Assembly: GCA_965217115.1 (NCBI GenBank)
Contig: OZ244239.1
Coordinates: forward strand, 768,001 to 832,000
Direction of reading: 5' to 3'
Length of the DNA: 64,000 bases
Source of the DNA: Bdellovibrionales bacterium
GTDB taxonomy: Bacteria > Bdellovibrionota > Bdellovibrionia > Bdellovibrionales > CAYMLA01
How positions within the stretch are numbered: position 1 is the stretch's first letter; each line of letters begins with the position of its first letter. Under the pieces are notes generated by a model that was given only the letters and a program-made list of their open reading frames with translations, had not been told where the DNA came from and ran no database searches. This document shows positions 48,922 to 61,135 of this stretch, piece by piece. The translations under genes were made by a program, and so were the position numbers.

Positions 48922-51336
48922 CTATTTTTTAATATTAAGATCACCCAATGCTGCAGCAAAAGGATTGTTAAAACCTTGCTTTTTTCTGGGTGGAGAGCTC
49001 GATGTTTTTTTATGTGGCCTCTGTTGTCTTTTTTCGTTTGGTCTTTTTGCGTTTGGTCTTGCATTTGCACTTGTTCTTTCATTTGCGCTTTTCTTTGCAA
49101 CGGTTTTCCGTGGAGGTCTCTTCTTAGAAGGAGCCGTATCTCTATTTAGTGTTTTATCCCCTCCAATCTTCATTGAGAGAGATATTTGTTTCTTGTCCTG
49201 ATCTATTTTTAAAACCTTCACCTTTACCTGATCGCCTGGGTTCACAATTTTCCGCGTATCGGTAACATAAGTATTCGCCATTTCTGACAAATGCACCAAA
49301 CCATCCTGATGAACGCCGATATCTACAAAAGCGCCAAAGTTAGTGACATTGGTGACAATTCCCGGGCAAATCATATCTTGTTTTAAATCCTTCACCCCAT
49401 AGATGTCCTCTCGAAACTGAAAAATCTTAAACGGATCACGAGGATCTCGTCCTGGTTTTTCCAACTCCTCCATAATATCAACAAAAGTGTACTCACCAAT
49501 AAGCTCCACCCATTTTGTTCTCTCATCGAGTAACTTCTTAGCGCCATCCCCCATCAAACCAGTCACGGGTATGCCCGTGTTTTTTGCCATTTCCCTCACA
49601 GCAGCATAACGTTCTGGGTGTATTCCCGTACGATCTAAAACATTCTCACTCTCTGTCACACGCAAAAAACCAGCACTTTGCTCAAAAACTTTATCACTCA
49701 AACGATCAACGCTTTTTAATCCTTCTCTCTCCTTAAACAAACCATTCTTAACTCGATGATCAACAATGTTTTTTGCCAACACGGGGCCTATTCCCGAAAC
49801 ATAGGAGAGAAGAGATGCCGAAGCCGTATTCACATCCACACCAACCACATTCACACAAGACTCAACCTCTGCCTGTAAACCTTTTTTCAAATGACTCTGA
49901 TTCACATCGTGCTGATACTGCCCCACACCAATGCTCTTAGGTTCAATTTTCACCAACTCCGCCAAAGGGTCCTGCAAACGACGGGCAATGGAAATTGCGC
50001 CGCGAACAGTTAAATCTAAATCAGGAAACTCTTCACGGGCCACATCCGAAGCTGAGTAAACACTGGCCCCAGACTCATTCACCAAAACAATAGGCACATT
50101 TACCTCTAACTCTTTGACAACTTTACGCAAAAAAGCCTCTGTCTCTCGACCCGCTGTTCCATTGCCCACGGCAATGGCATCTAAAGCAATTTGTTGACTC
50201 AAATTTTTCAATAACTTCTTAACACTCTCTTCCGCGTCCTTGCCTTGAATGTGTAACACCGTGTGGGAAATAAACTCTCCACCCTTATTCACCAAAGCCA
50301 CTTTACAGCCTGTTCGTAAACCAGGATCAACCCCTAAAATGCACTTCGCTCCAAAAGGTGATGCCAGTAAAAGTTTACGCACATTCTCAGTGAACACCCC
50401 AATCGCATGGTCATCGGCCGTCTCTTTTAAAATTCGATGGACTTCATTGGAAATAGACGGATACACATGGTTCGTAAAAGCCACCTGAGCGCATTTTTTT
50501 AAAAACTCAGCCGCTGGAGTGTTGGCCACCTCTAAAACAAACTTTTCAAATTTATTATGAATTTCCTCTTCTCTACCCTTAACTAAAACAGTCAGTTCAC
50601 TCTCCTGCCAACCACGCCTCATCGCCAAGTACCTATAGGACGCTTTGGCTTTAAGAAGATTTACCACAGTGTCTTCAAAATCTGCATACACCTCATACTT
50701 AGATTTCTCTTTAAATTTCTTACCCTTCTTCGAGAGAATTTTACCATTCTTGAAATAATCATCCCTCACAAACTGACGCAATTCAGGATCATTATAAATA
50801 CGCTCAACCAAAATATCCTGCGCTCCCTTAAGAGCTAGATCATATGTAACAATCGCTTTTTCACTGTTAAGAAATTCCTTCGCCTTAACTTCTAAATTAA
50901 CTCCACTTGATGAGTTCGAATCAGACGTTGCTCTGCCTAAAGCCCAAATCCACTGGGCCAAAGGCTCAAGACCAGCCTCTTTGGCCAAAGTCGCCTTTGT
51001 TTTTTTCTTTTTCTTAAACGGTCGATAAATCTCATCTAATTCCACTAAATCCATGGATTGAGACAATTGCTTTTTTAGAGATTCCGTTAACTCGCCCTGT
51101 TTTTCTATCTCTTCTAAGATAAAATTCTTACGCTTAACCACTTCATCATAATTATCACGGGCATCCAATACCGCACGAATTTGAACTTCATCTAGATTAC
51201 CTGTTTTTTCTTTACGATAACGGGCAATAAAAGGAACCGTCCCTCCCTCGCCAGCCAGAGTGATCACAGCCTGAGCCGATTTCCATGGTACATTTTTTGT
51301 TTTTTCTGCCAGATAATTTTCTAATGAAAAAGACAT
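48922..51336 (-). CDS. tex: Tex family RNA-binding transcriptional accessory protein
   Basis: TVPFIARYRKE, DPGLRTGCK, GNGTAGRET, SIGVGQYQHD, S1 domain. Confidence 0.96.
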   Translation of the reverse strand: MSFSLENYLAEKTKNVPWKSAQAVITLAGEGGTVPFIARYRKEKTGNLDEVQIRAVLDARDNYDEVVKRKNFILEEIEKQGELTESLKKQLSQSMDLVELDEIYRPFKKKKKTKATLAKEAGLEPLAQWIWALGRATSDSNSSSGVNLEVKAKEFLNSEKAIVTYDLALKGAQDILVERIYNDPELRQFVRDDYFKNGKILSKKGKKFKEKSKYEVYADFEDTVVNLLKAKASYRYLAMRRGWQESELTVLVKGREEEIHNKFEKFVLEVANTPAAEFLKKCAQVAFTNHVYPSISNEVHRILKETADDHAIGVFTENVRKLLLASPFGAKCILGVDPGLRTGCKVALVNKGGEFISHTVLHIQGKDAEESVKKLLKNLSQQIALDAIAVGNGTAGRETEAFLRKVVKELEVNVPIVLVNESGASVYSASDVAREEFPDLDLTVRGAISIARRLQDPLAELVKIEPKSIGVGQYQHDVNQSHLKKGLQAEVESCVNVVGVDVNTASASLLSYVSGIGPVLAKNIVDHRVKNGLFKEREGLKSVDRLSDKVFEQSAGFLRVTESENVLDRTGIHPERYAAVREMAKNTGIPVTGLMGDGAKKLLDERTKWVELIGEYTFVDIMEELEKPGRDPRDPFKIFQFREDIYGVKDLKQDMICPGIVTNVTNFGAFVDIGVHQDGLVHLSEMANTYVTDTRKIVNPGDQVKVKVLKIDQDKKQISLSMKIGGDKTLNRDTAPSKKRPPRKTVAKKSANERTSANARPNAKRPNEKRQQRPHKKTSSSPPRKKQGFNNPFAAALGDLNIKK

Positions 51337-51346
51337 ACTTAAAAAC

Positions 51347-51565
51347 TCACTTGTGACGATACATAATTAAACCATGGGTTGGATCGTAGGGAGATACTCC
51401 TACAGTTACCTTATCGCCCACAACAACACGAATATTAAATCGTCTCATTTTTCCACAGAGCTTTGCCGAGACTTCCACCTCATTTTCCAACATGATTTTA
51501 TAAATACCACCAGCGCCCACGTCTGTTACTTTGCCTTCTAATTGAGCTAGATCGTCTTTTGCCAT
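51347..51565 (-). CDS. infA: Translation initiation factor IF-1
   Basis: MAKDD...GKMRRFNIRVVVGDKVTV...SPYD. Confidence 0.96.
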   Translation of the reverse strand: MAKDDLAQLEGKVTDVGAGGIYKIMLENEVEVSAKLCGKMRRFNIRVVVGDKVTVGVSPYDPTHGLIMYRHK

Positions 51566-51615
51566 ATACTAACTGTTCTCCCTTTGTAAGCTCTCCATAG
51601 TAATTAAATTCAGCC

Positions 51616-52875
51616 CTAAACGGCAAATGTTTTTTTACCACTTTTATAGACAGAAGTAACAGGCATTTGACCCACACGATAAAAAAGTTCTGTCCAATCC
51701 CCCTCAAGAGCCACTAAATCAGCTTCTCTGCCAATTTCCACCGAGCCCAGCTGCCCCTCTAACCCCAGAGCATAGGCCCCATTAAGAGTGTAAGCTGCTA
51801 AAATTTCAGGCAAAGTCATCTTCATTTCCAAACGAGCTAAAACCCCAATGAGGGCCAAATCTTGTGTAGGGCTACTACCTGGGTTGTAATCAGTGGCCAG
51901 AGCCACCCTTGCACCTGTGTCAATTAACTCCCTCGCCCTGGGATAAGGGCAACCAATGTAAAAATCTGCTCCAGGCAAAAGAACGCAAGTCGTCTCACTT
52001 TCAGAAATCTTAACAATATCCTTATCTGACAACTCATTGACATGATCCACCGAGCGCGCACCATACTCTAAAGCCAATAAAGTCGCCCCCGTACGACTGA
52101 GCTGATCAGCATGCACAGTGGTGTCCCAGCCCATCTCTTTAGCTCTGTGCAAATACCGACGGGCCTGCTCTAAATCAAAATAACCCTGTTCAACAAAAAT
52201 ATCTCCCCGACAAGCCAAATTTCTCTTCTCAATAGCGGGAAATATCTTATCTAATAAATGATCCATATAGGACTCTGCCGTCTCAAATTCAGGGGGAACA
52301 CTGTGCGCGCCCAAAAAAGTCGGCACAATTCTAGCTTTTTTTAAAGCCCTCGCCACCTCTAACATCTTAATCTCACCAGACTTATTCAGAGCATAACCAC
52401 TTTTCACTTCGAGCGTCGTCACTCCCTGACGAACAAAATCATCCACTGCCCTCTGTGATTTTACAATAAGGTCATCCAGCGAAGCGCGACGGGTTTTCTT
52501 AACCGTAGAGAGAATCCCTCCACCCCTATTGGCAATTTCTTGATAACTCACACCACGATTGCGCATTTCAAATTCATCACTTCTATCGCCTGCAAACACC
52601 AAGTGAGTGTGACTCTCCACAAAAGCAGGCAACAAAGTTCGACCATCAAAGTTTTTCTCTTTGACGTTCTTTTCTTTTGCATAAGCCTTAGGTAAACGAC
52701 TCTGAGGACCAACCCACTCGATTTGTCCATCGCCAATGGCGATAGCTGCATTTTTTATACAAGACAAATCTTCCTCTTGCACATGACAACCTTTTTTCTC
52801 AGCCGCCCCTTTCATGGTCAAGAGATGGCCAATGCCATTCCAAATCTGTAACTGCCTCTTCTTTTTCACTGTCAT
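51616..52875 (-). CDS. hutI: Imidazolonepropionase
   Basis: SHTHLVFAGDRSDEF, GGGILSTV, EVKSGY, HADQL, ATDYNPGSSP; start set at ATG 52875. Confidence 0.96.
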   Translation of the reverse strand: MTVKKKRQLQIWNGIGHLLTMKGAAEKKGCHVQEEDLSCIKNAAIAIGDGQIEWVGPQSRLPKAYAKEKNVKEKNFDGRTLLPAFVESHTHLVFAGDRSDEFEMRNRGVSYQEIANRGGGILSTVKKTRRASLDDLIVKSQRAVDDFVRQGVTTLEVKSGYALNKSGEIKMLEVARALKKARIVPTFLGAHSVPPEFETAESYMDHLLDKIFPAIEKRNLACRGDIFVEQGYFDLEQARRYLHRAKEMGWDTTVHADQLSRTGATLLALEYGARSVDHVNELSDKDIVKISESETTCVLLPGADFYIGCPYPRARELIDTGARVALATDYNPGSSPTQDLALIGVLARLEMKMTLPEILAAYTLNGAYALGLEGQLGSVEIGREADLVALEGDWTELFYRVGQMPVTSVYKSGKKTFAV

Positions 52876-52882
52876 TATAATG

Positions 52883-53626
52883 CTATGCCTTTCCCTGATT
52901 GGCCACTTCACCCATGGCTTGAGAAATCTTTTCTTGATCACCCAAATAATAAGACCTCATCGGTTTTAGGTCTTTGTCTAATTCATAAACCAAGGGAATT
53001 CCCGTAGGCACGTTCACCCTCATAATTTCTTCCTCAGATTTATCATCGAGATACTGAATAAGGGCCCGCAAAGAATTTCCGTGGGCCACTACTAAAATGT
53101 TTTTACCCTCTTTAATATTTTTCTCGATGTTTTCGCTCCATAAAGGCAAGAATCTCTTTGCCGTGTCCGCCAATGCCTCACATCCAGGAGTCTCCTCCGC
53201 CGTCAACGATTGATAGCATTTATCATTGCAAGGGTGTCTTAAATCTTCCCTGGATAATTCAGGGGGAGGAGTCGAGTAGCTACGACGCCAGATATGCACC
53301 TGTTCATCCCCGTGTTTCTGTGCGGTTTCTGCCTTATTTAACCCCTGCAAACCTCCGTAATGCCGCTCGTTGAGTCGCCAACTACGATGAACCGGAATCC
53401 ACATAAGGTCCATTTTCTCTAAAACATACCAGAGCGTTCGAATAGCTCTTTTTAAAACTGAAGTATAGGCCATATCAAAATCAAAGCCGCTCTCTTGGAG
53501 GAGTTCCCCTGCATTTTGTGCCTCAACCTCTCCCTGTTTAGAGAGCGGAACATCCTTCCAACCTGTGAATCGATTTTCTTTGTTCCAAGTGCTCTGACCA
53601 TGTCTAAGTAAAACTAATTTATACAT
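52883..53626 (-). CDS. gpmA: 2,3-bisphosphoglycerate-dependent phosphoglycerate mutase
   Basis: [25 protein letters not shown]; start set at ATG 53626. Confidence 0.98.
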   Translation of the reverse strand: MYKLVLLRHGQSTWNKENRFTGWKDVPLSKQGEVEAQNAGELLQESGFDFDMAYTSVLKRAIRTLWYVLEKMDLMWIPVHRSWRLNERHYGGLQGLNKAETAQKHGDEQVHIWRRSYSTPPPELSREDLRHPCNDKCYQSLTAEETPGCEALADTAKRFLPLWSENIEKNIKEGKNILVVAHGNSLRALIQYLDDKSEEEIMRVNVPTGIPLVYELDKDLKPMRSYYLGDQEKISQAMGEVANQGKA

Positions 53627-53819
53627 AATACTCACCTGTTTAATGACAACGAAGTTCCACGGACACACATACCGCGATCAGTTGAGAAATGACACGAATA
53701 ACAAAATGTGGCATGTCGCATTAATTAATAATAAACCTGTAAAATCCTTCATGTTTCCCCTATTGCCAAATAGAATGTACTCATTAAAACACACAGTGCT
53801 TCAAGAACAGGAGAAGATT

Positions 53820-56549
53820 TTGGACCCGCTCACACACATTCAACGGAATAATCTCAATTATATCGAAGATCTTTATCAGCAGTACAAAACTTCCCCCGAA
53901 TCTATAGAGCGTGACTGGAGAATTTTTTTTGAAGGCTTTGATTTTTCCAAACCCGTAGATAATCACTCACAGGAAAAAGTATCAGGAAAAGAAGTCAATG
54001 TTTACAACCTTATTCAAGATTACCGCAATCACGGACACTTTGAAGCCAATCTCGATCCTTTAAAGTTACAAAAAAAAACCTCGGGCCACTTATCGTTAAA
54101 AAAACATGGCCTCTCGAATGAAGATCTTGAATCGAAATTTCAAATTGGCTCGATTTTAGGAACCAATAAAAAACTCCAACTCAAAGAAATTATAAATCTT
54201 CTAAAAACAAATTATTGTGGGACTCTATCAGTTCAATGTGCTGAAGCTCTCCCTGATATTCGCAATTGGTTTAATGCTGAATTTGAAGAGGGTCGAATTG
54301 TTTTTTCTAAAGAAGAGAAAAAAAATATCTTTCTACAAATCAATCGCACCGAATCTCTAGAAAAATTTATTCACACACGTTATGTAGGTATGAAACGTTT
54401 TTCCATCGAAGGAAGTGATGCTCTTATTCCCATGCTTGAATGGCTTGTCCCAAAATCAACGTCTCTAGGAAACGAAGAGATCGTCATCGGTATGGCCCAT
54501 CGTGGCCGCATTAACGTTCTTGCTAATTTTATGGAAAAAGGTCTAAATCTTATACTGGCCGATTTTGATGGGATTAGTAACTCCAAGGAAGAAATTGCAG
54601 GTTATGATGGAGATGTTAAATATCATCTAGGATATTCTACTAACAAAAATACATTGAATGGACCCTGTCATATCTCCCTCGCTTTTAACCCTAGCCACCT
54701 GGAGTGTGTCAATCCCGTGGTTTGTGGTATGACCCGTGCCAAACAACGCACACGCAAAGATGCACAAGACAGAAAAAAAGTCATCCCCCTTCTTATTCAT
54801 GGAGATGCCGCCTTCGCAGGACAAGGGGTTGTTGCCGAAACATTCCAAATGTCACAACTCAAAGGATACACCGTTGGCGGAACCATTCATATTATCATCG
54901 ACAACCAAGTGGGATTCACCGCCACACCTGATAACACTCGAAGTTCTGCCTATGCTTCAGATATTTCTAAAATTCTTCACACCCCCGTTCTTCACGTTAA
55001 TGGAGATGATGCTGAGGCCTGTGTGAAAGCCATGGATATTGCCGTGCGTTTTAGACAAGAATTTAAAAAAGACATCGTCATCAACCTTGTCTGTTACAGA
55101 CGCTTTGGTCACAACGAAGGGGATGAACCCTCATTTACTTCTCCACTAATGTATCAAGTGATCAAAAAACATCCCACCCTGCGTGAAATTTATGGAAAAC
55201 TTTTAATTAGCGAAAATATTATCGATCAAGAACACTATGAATCTTTATTCAATAAAGACATCGATGATTTGCAAAGGATTCTTGAGAATATTCGTAAAAA
55301 CCCTCCAGTTACTTCCCCTTTGGCCTTTGACGGTCTATGGAAAAACCTACGTCGCAGCCAAGCAAAAGACTTTACAACGGTCACTGATACGACTTGCGAT
55401 ATAAAAACCCTAGAGGCTGTAGGAAAAGTTCTCAGCGAGATTCCTCCCGATTTCACACCTCTCCCAAAACTAAAAAAAATCGTCGCACAGAGAAGAAAAA
55501 TGATGGACAGTGGTGTCGTCGATTGGGGTCTAGCTGAACTTCTTTGTTATGGCTCTCTCATTAAAGAAGGTGTTTCGGTAAGACTCTCTGGACAAGATTC
55601 TATACGTGGAACCTTTTCCCATCGTCACAGTGGTTATTACGACACTAAAACAGGAGAGCTACACGTTCCTCTCAAAACCCTTTCTGAAAATAGTGAATTC
55701 TGTGTTTACGACAGCTATCTCTCTGAAATGGCTGTTCTCGGTTTTGAATATGGAAACTCCATTTCAGACCCTGGATTTTTACATATATGGGAAGCGCAAT
55801 TTGGAGACTTTGCCAATGGTGCGCAAATTATTATTGATCAGTTTATCTCCAGTGGTGAAGCTAAATGGCAACGAATGACAGGATTAGTTCTTCTTCTCCC
55901 CCACGGTTATGAGGGCCAGGGCCCCGAACACTCAAGTGCTCGTTTGGAGCGTTTTTTACAGCTCTTTGCCCAAGACAATATGCAAGTTTGCAACCTCACA
56001 ACACCTGCTCAGATTTTTCATGTTCTCAGACGGCAGGTAAAAAGAGATTTCCGTAAACCTCTGATTATTATGTCACCTAAATCTCTATTGAGACATCCCC
56101 GCGTGATTTCTCCCCTTTCAGGCTTGGCAGAGGGACGTTTTTTTGAAGTTCTCGGCGATGAAAATATCAAGGGAAATCAAGTGGAAACCGTTGTTCTTTG
56201 CTCTGGAAAAATTTATTATGAACTGCTTGAGGAGCAAGAGACACGCAAAACCTCTAAAACAGCGATTATGCGATTAGAACAAATATCTCCTTTTCCTAAA
56301 AAACAACTTATGGAAGAATTAACAAAATTTAAAAACTTAAAGCGAATTATCTGGGCTCAGGAGGAACCTAAAAACATGGGAGCTTATTTCTTTATTGATC
56401 CACATATAAAAGGCATGATGGATGAATTTGAGATCAAAAAGGTCGATTTTGTTTATCGAGGTCGACTGGACCGAGCTAGCCCTGCCACGGGCTCCCCAAA
56501 AGTGCATCGAACAGAACAGTGTGAAATTGTCAAAGCTTGTTTCCAATGA
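53820..56549 (+). CDS. sucA: 2-oxoglutarate dehydrogenase E1
   Basis: [37 protein letters not shown]; start set at TTG 53820 after AGGAG. Confidence 0.98.
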   Translation: MDPLTHIQRNNLNYIEDLYQQYKTSPESIERDWRIFFEGFDFSKPVDNHSQEKVSGKEVNVYNLIQDYRNHGHFEANLDPLKLQKKTSGHLSLKKHGLSNEDLESKFQIGSILGTNKKLQLKEIINLLKTNYCGTLSVQCAEALPDIRNWFNAEFEEGRIVFSKEEKKNIFLQINRTESLEKFIHTRYVGMKRFSIEGSDALIPMLEWLVPKSTSLGNEEIVIGMAHRGRINVLANFMEKGLNLILADFDGISNSKEEIAGYDGDVKYHLGYSTNKNTLNGPCHISLAFNPSHLECVNPVVCGMTRAKQRTRKDAQDRKKVIPLLIHGDAAFAGQGVVAETFQMSQLKGYTVGGTIHIIIDNQVGFTATPDNTRSSAYASDISKILHTPVLHVNGDDAEACVKAMDIAVRFRQEFKKDIVINLVCYRRFGHNEGDEPSFTSPLMYQVIKKHPTLREIYGKLLISENIIDQEHYESLFNKDIDDLQRILENIRKNPPVTSPLAFDGLWKNLRRSQAKDFTTVTDTTCDIKTLEAVGKVLSEIPPDFTPLPKLKKIVAQRRKMMDSGVVDWGLAELLCYGSLIKEGVSVRLSGQDSIRGTFSHRHSGYYDTKTGELHVPLKTLSENSEFCVYDSYLSEMAVLGFEYGNSISDPGFLHIWEAQFGDFANGAQIIIDQFISSGEAKWQRMTGLVLLLPHGYEGQGPEHSSARLERFLQLFAQDNMQVCNLTTPAQIFHVLRRQVKRDFRKPLIIMSPKSLLRHPRVISPLSGLAEGRFFEVLGDENIKGNQVETVVLCSGKIYYELLEEQETRKTSKTAIMRLEQISPFPKKQLMEELTKFKNLKRIIWAQEEPKNMGAYFFIDPHIKGMMDEFEIKKVDFVYRGRLDRASPATGSPKVHRTEQCEIVKACFQ

Positions 56550-56592
56550 TAGTCTTTATAGGAACAACATAACTTATATAAAGGGTTTGAAC

Positions 56593-57798
56593 GTGAAAAT
56601 TGAAGTTAATGTCCCAGCAGTTGGAGAGTCTATTAATGAAGCAACCATTGGTGAATGGCTAAAACAAGATGGTGCTTACGTCGAACAAAACGAAGTTATC
56701 GTCTCACTCGAAACCGATAAAGCCACCGTGGAAATTATTGCTGAACAATCAGGTGTTATGACAGCCAAGGTGGCTGAAGGTGATGATGTCCTCATCGGAG
56801 CGCTTATTGCTGAAATTGACACCTCAGCGAAGAAACCAGCTAATGTAGAAATAGAGAAGGCCACCTCAGCAAAAAGTGCCAGTTCAAACGACTCTTCAGC
56901 CCATCCCGAATTGCAGAAACACTTAAGTCCATCGGTTTCACAAGTTGTTGCACAAAAAGGACTCGATCCGAGGGCCATTCAAGGCTCAGGACGCGGTGGA
57001 CGCATCACTAAAGGTGACGCTTTAAATACTTCAAAAAACAATACGACGGAAACATCTGCCAGTGCACCCGACTTACCAGTGGCCTCTCTCTCTAAACAAG
57101 GACAATCCGAAAGAGTGAAAATGACTCGCATTCGCCAAAAAATAGCTGAACGCCTTGTCGAAGCCCAACACACAGCCGCCATTCTCACCACCTTTAACGA
57201 AGTGGACATGTCTGCTTTAATTAAGCTACGTTCAGAATACAAAGAAGATTTTGAAAAGAAACACGGTGTTCGCCTAGGGTTTATGGGCTTTTTTATTAAA
57301 GCAGCGATCGAGGCTCTCAAAGCCTACCCTACTGTGAATGCACAAATTGATGGCACTGACATTATTTATAATCATTTCTACAATGTCGGTGTTGCAGTTG
57401 GCACTCCCAAAGGACTTGTTGTTCCTGTTGTTAAAGATGCCGACCAGATGTCCATCGCAGAAATAGAATCAGCCATCCGGCACTATGCTCTTAAAGCAAG
57501 GGATGGGAAAATCTCTATTGATGACCTTTCAGAAGGGACTTTCACCGTTTCCAACGGAGGAGTTTACGGGTCGATGATGTCGACACCAATTTTAAACCCT
57601 CCACAGAGCGGTATTTTAGGAATGCATAAAACCCAGGAACGTCCTGTCGCTGTAAACGGTCAAATAGAAATACGCCCTATGATGTACTTGGCTTTATCCT
57701 ACGACCATAGAATTATTGACGGCAAAGAGTCTGTGAGTTTTCTCGTGCGCTTAAAAGAATGTTTAGAAGACCCTAGTCGTATTCTACTGAATATTTAG
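56593..57798 (+). CDS. sucB: Dihydrolipoamide succinyltransferase E2
   Basis: Lipoyl [27 protein letters not shown]; start set at GTG 56593. Confidence 0.98.
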   Translation: MKIEVNVPAVGESINEATIGEWLKQDGAYVEQNEVIVSLETDKATVEIIAEQSGVMTAKVAEGDDVLIGALIAEIDTSAKKPANVEIEKATSAKSASSNDSSAHPELQKHLSPSVSQVVAQKGLDPRAIQGSGRGGRITKGDALNTSKNNTTETSASAPDLPVASLSKQGQSERVKMTRIRQKIAERLVEAQHTAAILTTFNEVDMSALIKLRSEYKEDFEKKHGVRLGFMGFFIKAAIEALKAYPTVNAQIDGTDIIYNHFYNVGVAVGTPKGLVVPVVKDADQMSIAEIESAIRHYALKARDGKISIDDLSEGTFTVSNGGVYGSMMSTPILNPPQSGILGMHKTQERPVAVNGQIEIRPMMYLALSYDHRIIDGKESVSFLVRLKECLEDPSRILLNI

Positions 57799-57897
57799 AG
57801 AATATGACACATCGTTATTCAACGTGTTTTACAAGGAATAGCGACAATGGTACATGGTTTATAAGAGAGATTAAACTATTTTTAAGAGGATATTATT

Positions 57898-59304
57898 TTG
57901 AATAAAAATTTCGACCTCATTGTTGTTGGTGCTGGACCTGCTGGTTATACGGGAGCCATCCGCGCTGCCCAGCTAGGTATGACAGTCGCTATTATAGAAA
58001 AAGAGAGGACTCTCGGTGGAACTTGTCTTAACGTAGGCTGTATTCCATCAAAAGCTCTGCTTGATTCCAGTGAACTTTTCTCGCAAGCACAGCATGACTT
58101 TTCCGAACATGGTATCGAAACCAAGGGCATTAAACTCAATCTCCCCTCGATGATGAAGCGCAAAGAAAAAGTTGTTCACGAACTCACTCAAGGTATTGAG
58201 TTTCTTATGAAAAAAAATAAAATCACTGTTTTTAAAGGCGTTGGGACTCTAACAAGTGCCAATGCAGTTCAAGTACAGGACATCGATAAACAGACAACCA
58301 CTTTAAATGGTAAAAATATTTTACTCGCCACAGGCAGTCTCCCTGTAGAACTTCCGTTTATGAAGTTTGATAGGGAAAATATTATCTCATCCACTGAAGC
58401 CTTGTCTCTTAATAGCGTCCCAGAACATCTCATCGTTGTCGGAGGAGGAGTTATTGGTTTAGAGCTAGGCTCTGTCTGGTTACGTCTTGGAGCTAAAGTC
58501 ACTATTCTTGAATTCGCTGATAATATATGTGCTGGAATGGATCAAGGCATTGCCAAGAAAATGAAATCTATTCTGTCTAAACAGGGTATGGAGTTTCTGC
58601 TAAAAACAAAAGTCACTGGAGCCGCAGTAAAAAACAATCGGGTTTCTGTCAAATTTGAATCTCTCAAGTCTGGGGAGACAGGCTCCATAAAGGGAAGCCA
58701 AGTCTTGGTTGCTGTTGGACGGAGGGCCTACAGCCAAGAGTTGGGCTTGGATAACATTGGGGTTCAAGTTAACAAGCAAGGGAAGATCATCACAGATCAT
58801 CAATGGCAAACTTCTGTTCCTAATATATACGCTGTCGGCGATGTCATTGACGGTCCCATGCTAGCCCATAAAGCCGAAGAAGAAGCCGTCGCAGTTGCAG
58901 AGAATCTCAGTGGCCAACATGGACATGTCAATTATGAAACAGTTCCCGGGGTTATTTACACCTGGCCAGAAGTGGCTAGCGTGGGAGCAACAGAGGAGCA
59001 ATTAAAAGAAAATAACACTGCCTATAACTCTGGAAGTTTTCCCTTTTCAGCCAACGGCCGGGCTAAAGCACATGGCTTTACAGAAGGATTGGTGAAAATA
59101 CTCGCCGACAAGACAACCGATCGCATTTTAGGAGTGCATATCATCGGTCCCAGAGCGTCCGATATTATTTCTGAAGCTGTTATTGCAATGGAGTTTGGTG
59201 GAAGCAGTGAAGATCTAGCTAGATCCTTCCACGCCCACCCCACATTTTCAGAGGCTATTCGAGAAGCCGCCTTAGCTGTAGACAAGAGAGTCCGCCAATC
59301 ATAA
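57898..59304 (+). CDS. lpdA: Dihydrolipoamide dehydrogenase E3
   Basis: GAGPAG, GGTCLNVGCIPSK, HAHPTFSE. Confidence 0.98.
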   Translation: MNKNFDLIVVGAGPAGYTGAIRAAQLGMTVAIIEKERTLGGTCLNVGCIPSKALLDSSELFSQAQHDFSEHGIETKGIKLNLPSMMKRKEKVVHELTQGIEFLMKKNKITVFKGVGTLTSANAVQVQDIDKQTTTLNGKNILLATGSLPVELPFMKFDRENIISSTEALSLNSVPEHLIVVGGGVIGLELGSVWLRLGAKVTILEFADNICAGMDQGIAKKMKSILSKQGMEFLLKTKVTGAAVKNNRVSVKFESLKSGETGSIKGSQVLVAVGRRAYSQELGLDNIGVQVNKQGKIITDHQWQTSVPNIYAVGDVIDGPMLAHKAEEEAVAVAENLSGQHGHVNYETVPGVIYTWPEVASVGATEEQLKENNTAYNSGSFPFSANGRAKAHGFTEGLVKILADKTTDRILGVHIIGPRASDIISEAVIAMEFGGSSEDLARSFHAHPTFSEAIREAALAVDKRVRQS

Positions 59305-59316
59305 TAAATAGATTAA

Positions 59317-59595
59317 TTATAATTCAAACTGAAGAGCTAAGCGCAGTTCTTTTTCTCTCTCAGTCATCAAGAGATTGAAGACTTCTTTTTTATCCAAAGA
59401 GAGTAAATCAATAATCTTCAACAACATGACCATTGGAGGAGCGGCCAAGCCCCTTTCCCAGTTAGACACAAATTGAGGAGAGCTATAACCTAAAGACTTA
59501 GCCACCTTTCCCTGGGACAAGCCCACTGTTAAACGTTTTTCTTTTAAGAATTGACCAAACTTAACATGTATTGGATTTCTGTCTTGTCTCTTCAT
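59317..59595 (-). CDS. XRE-family HTH regulator
   Basis: GLSQGKVAKSLGYSSPQFVSNWERG. Confidence 0.9.
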   Translation of the reverse strand: MKRQDRNPIHVKFGQFLKEKRLTVGLSQGKVAKSLGYSSPQFVSNWERGLAAPPMVMLLKIIDLLSLDKKEVFNLLMTEREKELRLALQFEL

Positions 59596-59960
59596 CTTTA
59601 AACAACCTCTTCAATTAATAATTGTTCTAGTTTACCCCATTAGAATGTCGAAGATACCAAACCTTCAATAAAAAAACCATGACTTTGTGACAATTAATTT
59701 AATTTACAAATAAAATATGTTCTCGAAATTACGACACCACCTAAAAGCTGTCCTTAAGATTGCTCACTGAACTATTAGCTTAGCTAGCTAAAGATGACTC
59801 TAGGGATTGCTTGCTATTCTAATCTGTAAAAATTACATCTTCCTGTAAAGATTACTCGGTAATTAAGAATGTACTTTATAAAAAGTTCTTATGAAGTTAT
59901 AAAGGGCATCAATGGAATTAAACGATTAATTAACTTTAATAACCAAAAAAGGAGACGATT

Positions 59961-60515
59961 ATGTCTAAAGGAAAAACAATTGCCGTATTAGCGGCGACAA
60001 TGATTGCAAGCACAACATGGGCCGGTTGGTTCGCATATAGTATCGACACAGGAGTTAATAGCCTAGGTGGTTCTTCTGAATCAACTCTTAATTTTCTTCA
60101 AGCGGTACCAGGGGTTAATGTTGTCGTTTCTGACGACGTTTGGGCTCTTTCTGAAGGTTCTTCACAGTCTGTAATTGGATGTTTTCAAAATGAGAAAAAA
60201 TTCTGTGCAAAAGTTGTAGCCACTGTAGATGGTGTTGTAGTAGTCATCTCTGGTCCTATTGAAGCGACTTTAAAATTCGCTGGAAGGAATGCTAAGGCTC
60301 TTGCAGAAAAACTTGCTGGCGCAACCACATTTGTTGTTAAAGCTACAGGTGATATCGTTTTTACAACTATTGCCGCTGGTGGTAATGTTATTCAATACAC
60401 TGTAAAGGGTAAAATTGACGATGCTGTAGATGCAGTTCTTAGCTACCCTCAAGATGTTTTTGAGGCTGGTACTCAATCTGGTATGCACTACGAAAGTTTA
60501 ATAACGGATTGGTAG
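59961..60515 (+). CDS. Hypothetical secreted protein
   Basis: AAGGAG RBS, signal peptide, Ala/Val/Gly-rich, followed by terminator. Confidence 0.8.
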   Translation: MSKGKTIAVLAATMIASTTWAGWFAYSIDTGVNSLGGSSESTLNFLQAVPGVNVVVSDDVWALSEGSSQSVIGCFQNEKKFCAKVVATVDGVVVVISGPIEATLKFAGRNAKALAEKLAGATTFVVKATGDIVFTTIAAGGNVIQYTVKGKIDDAVDAVLSYPQDVFEAGTQSGMHYESLITDW

Positions 60516-60534
60516 AATAAAACCTTAAAAATTT

Positions 60535-60570
60535 AAAATGGGAGCCCATGAAAATGGCTCCCATTTTTTT
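60535..60570 (+). terminator. Intrinsic terminator
   Basis: aaaatgggagcc...ggctcccattttttt. Confidence 0.85.
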
Positions 60571-60693
60571 TATTCTCTCTTCAGACCTCTATCATCCCCT
60601 TAAGAAATCAATTTTTATTTTTCCCGTGATTTTTAGTTTTTTCTTCCAGTACTGCTCCCATTCATTGGTTGAGGTCATTCTCTTGATCATAAT

Positions 60694-60934
60694 GAGTCTT
60701 TATGACAAACAATAGTGGAGCTGGTTTTTTTCTAGAGTCTCTCCCAAAAGAATCCAGCCCTTTTCTTGCTCAAACATCTGTTTGTCACCTTCCATTGCAA
60801 GGAAATGCAATGGAAGTCGCCAAGCCAAACTCGCCGAAAAGAACTGGATTCTTTTGAGAGAGACTCTAGAAAAAAAGGTCGTATTCAATCAATGGGTCTC
60901 TTGGGAATAGTTCCACTATTTATCACAAAGAACC
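60694..60934 (+). mobile_element. MITE-like element copy 5, internally deleted, no matching target duplication
   Basis: Both termini and hairpin I present; hairpin II lost at an atgggtc microhomology. Confidence 0.9.
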
Positions 60935-61088
60935 TTTTAAAAACTCTAAACTGACAATCTACGCAGGGGGGTAGACACCTCAAAAACTCTCAGGCATCGA
61001 TAAATTGATGTCTGAGCTGTTTTTTCGATGGCATAGAATATGTACTCTAGAACCTTAGAAATTAACGGTATCAGTCAGATTTAGGAGA
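60935..61088 (+). promoter_or_regulatory. Portable upstream module C copy 2
   Basis: Matches 5105-5256. Confidence 0.65.
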
Positions 61089-61135
61089 ATCGGTCTCCCA
61101 AGGAAATAGAACGATACCAATCTCAAGGATATTAA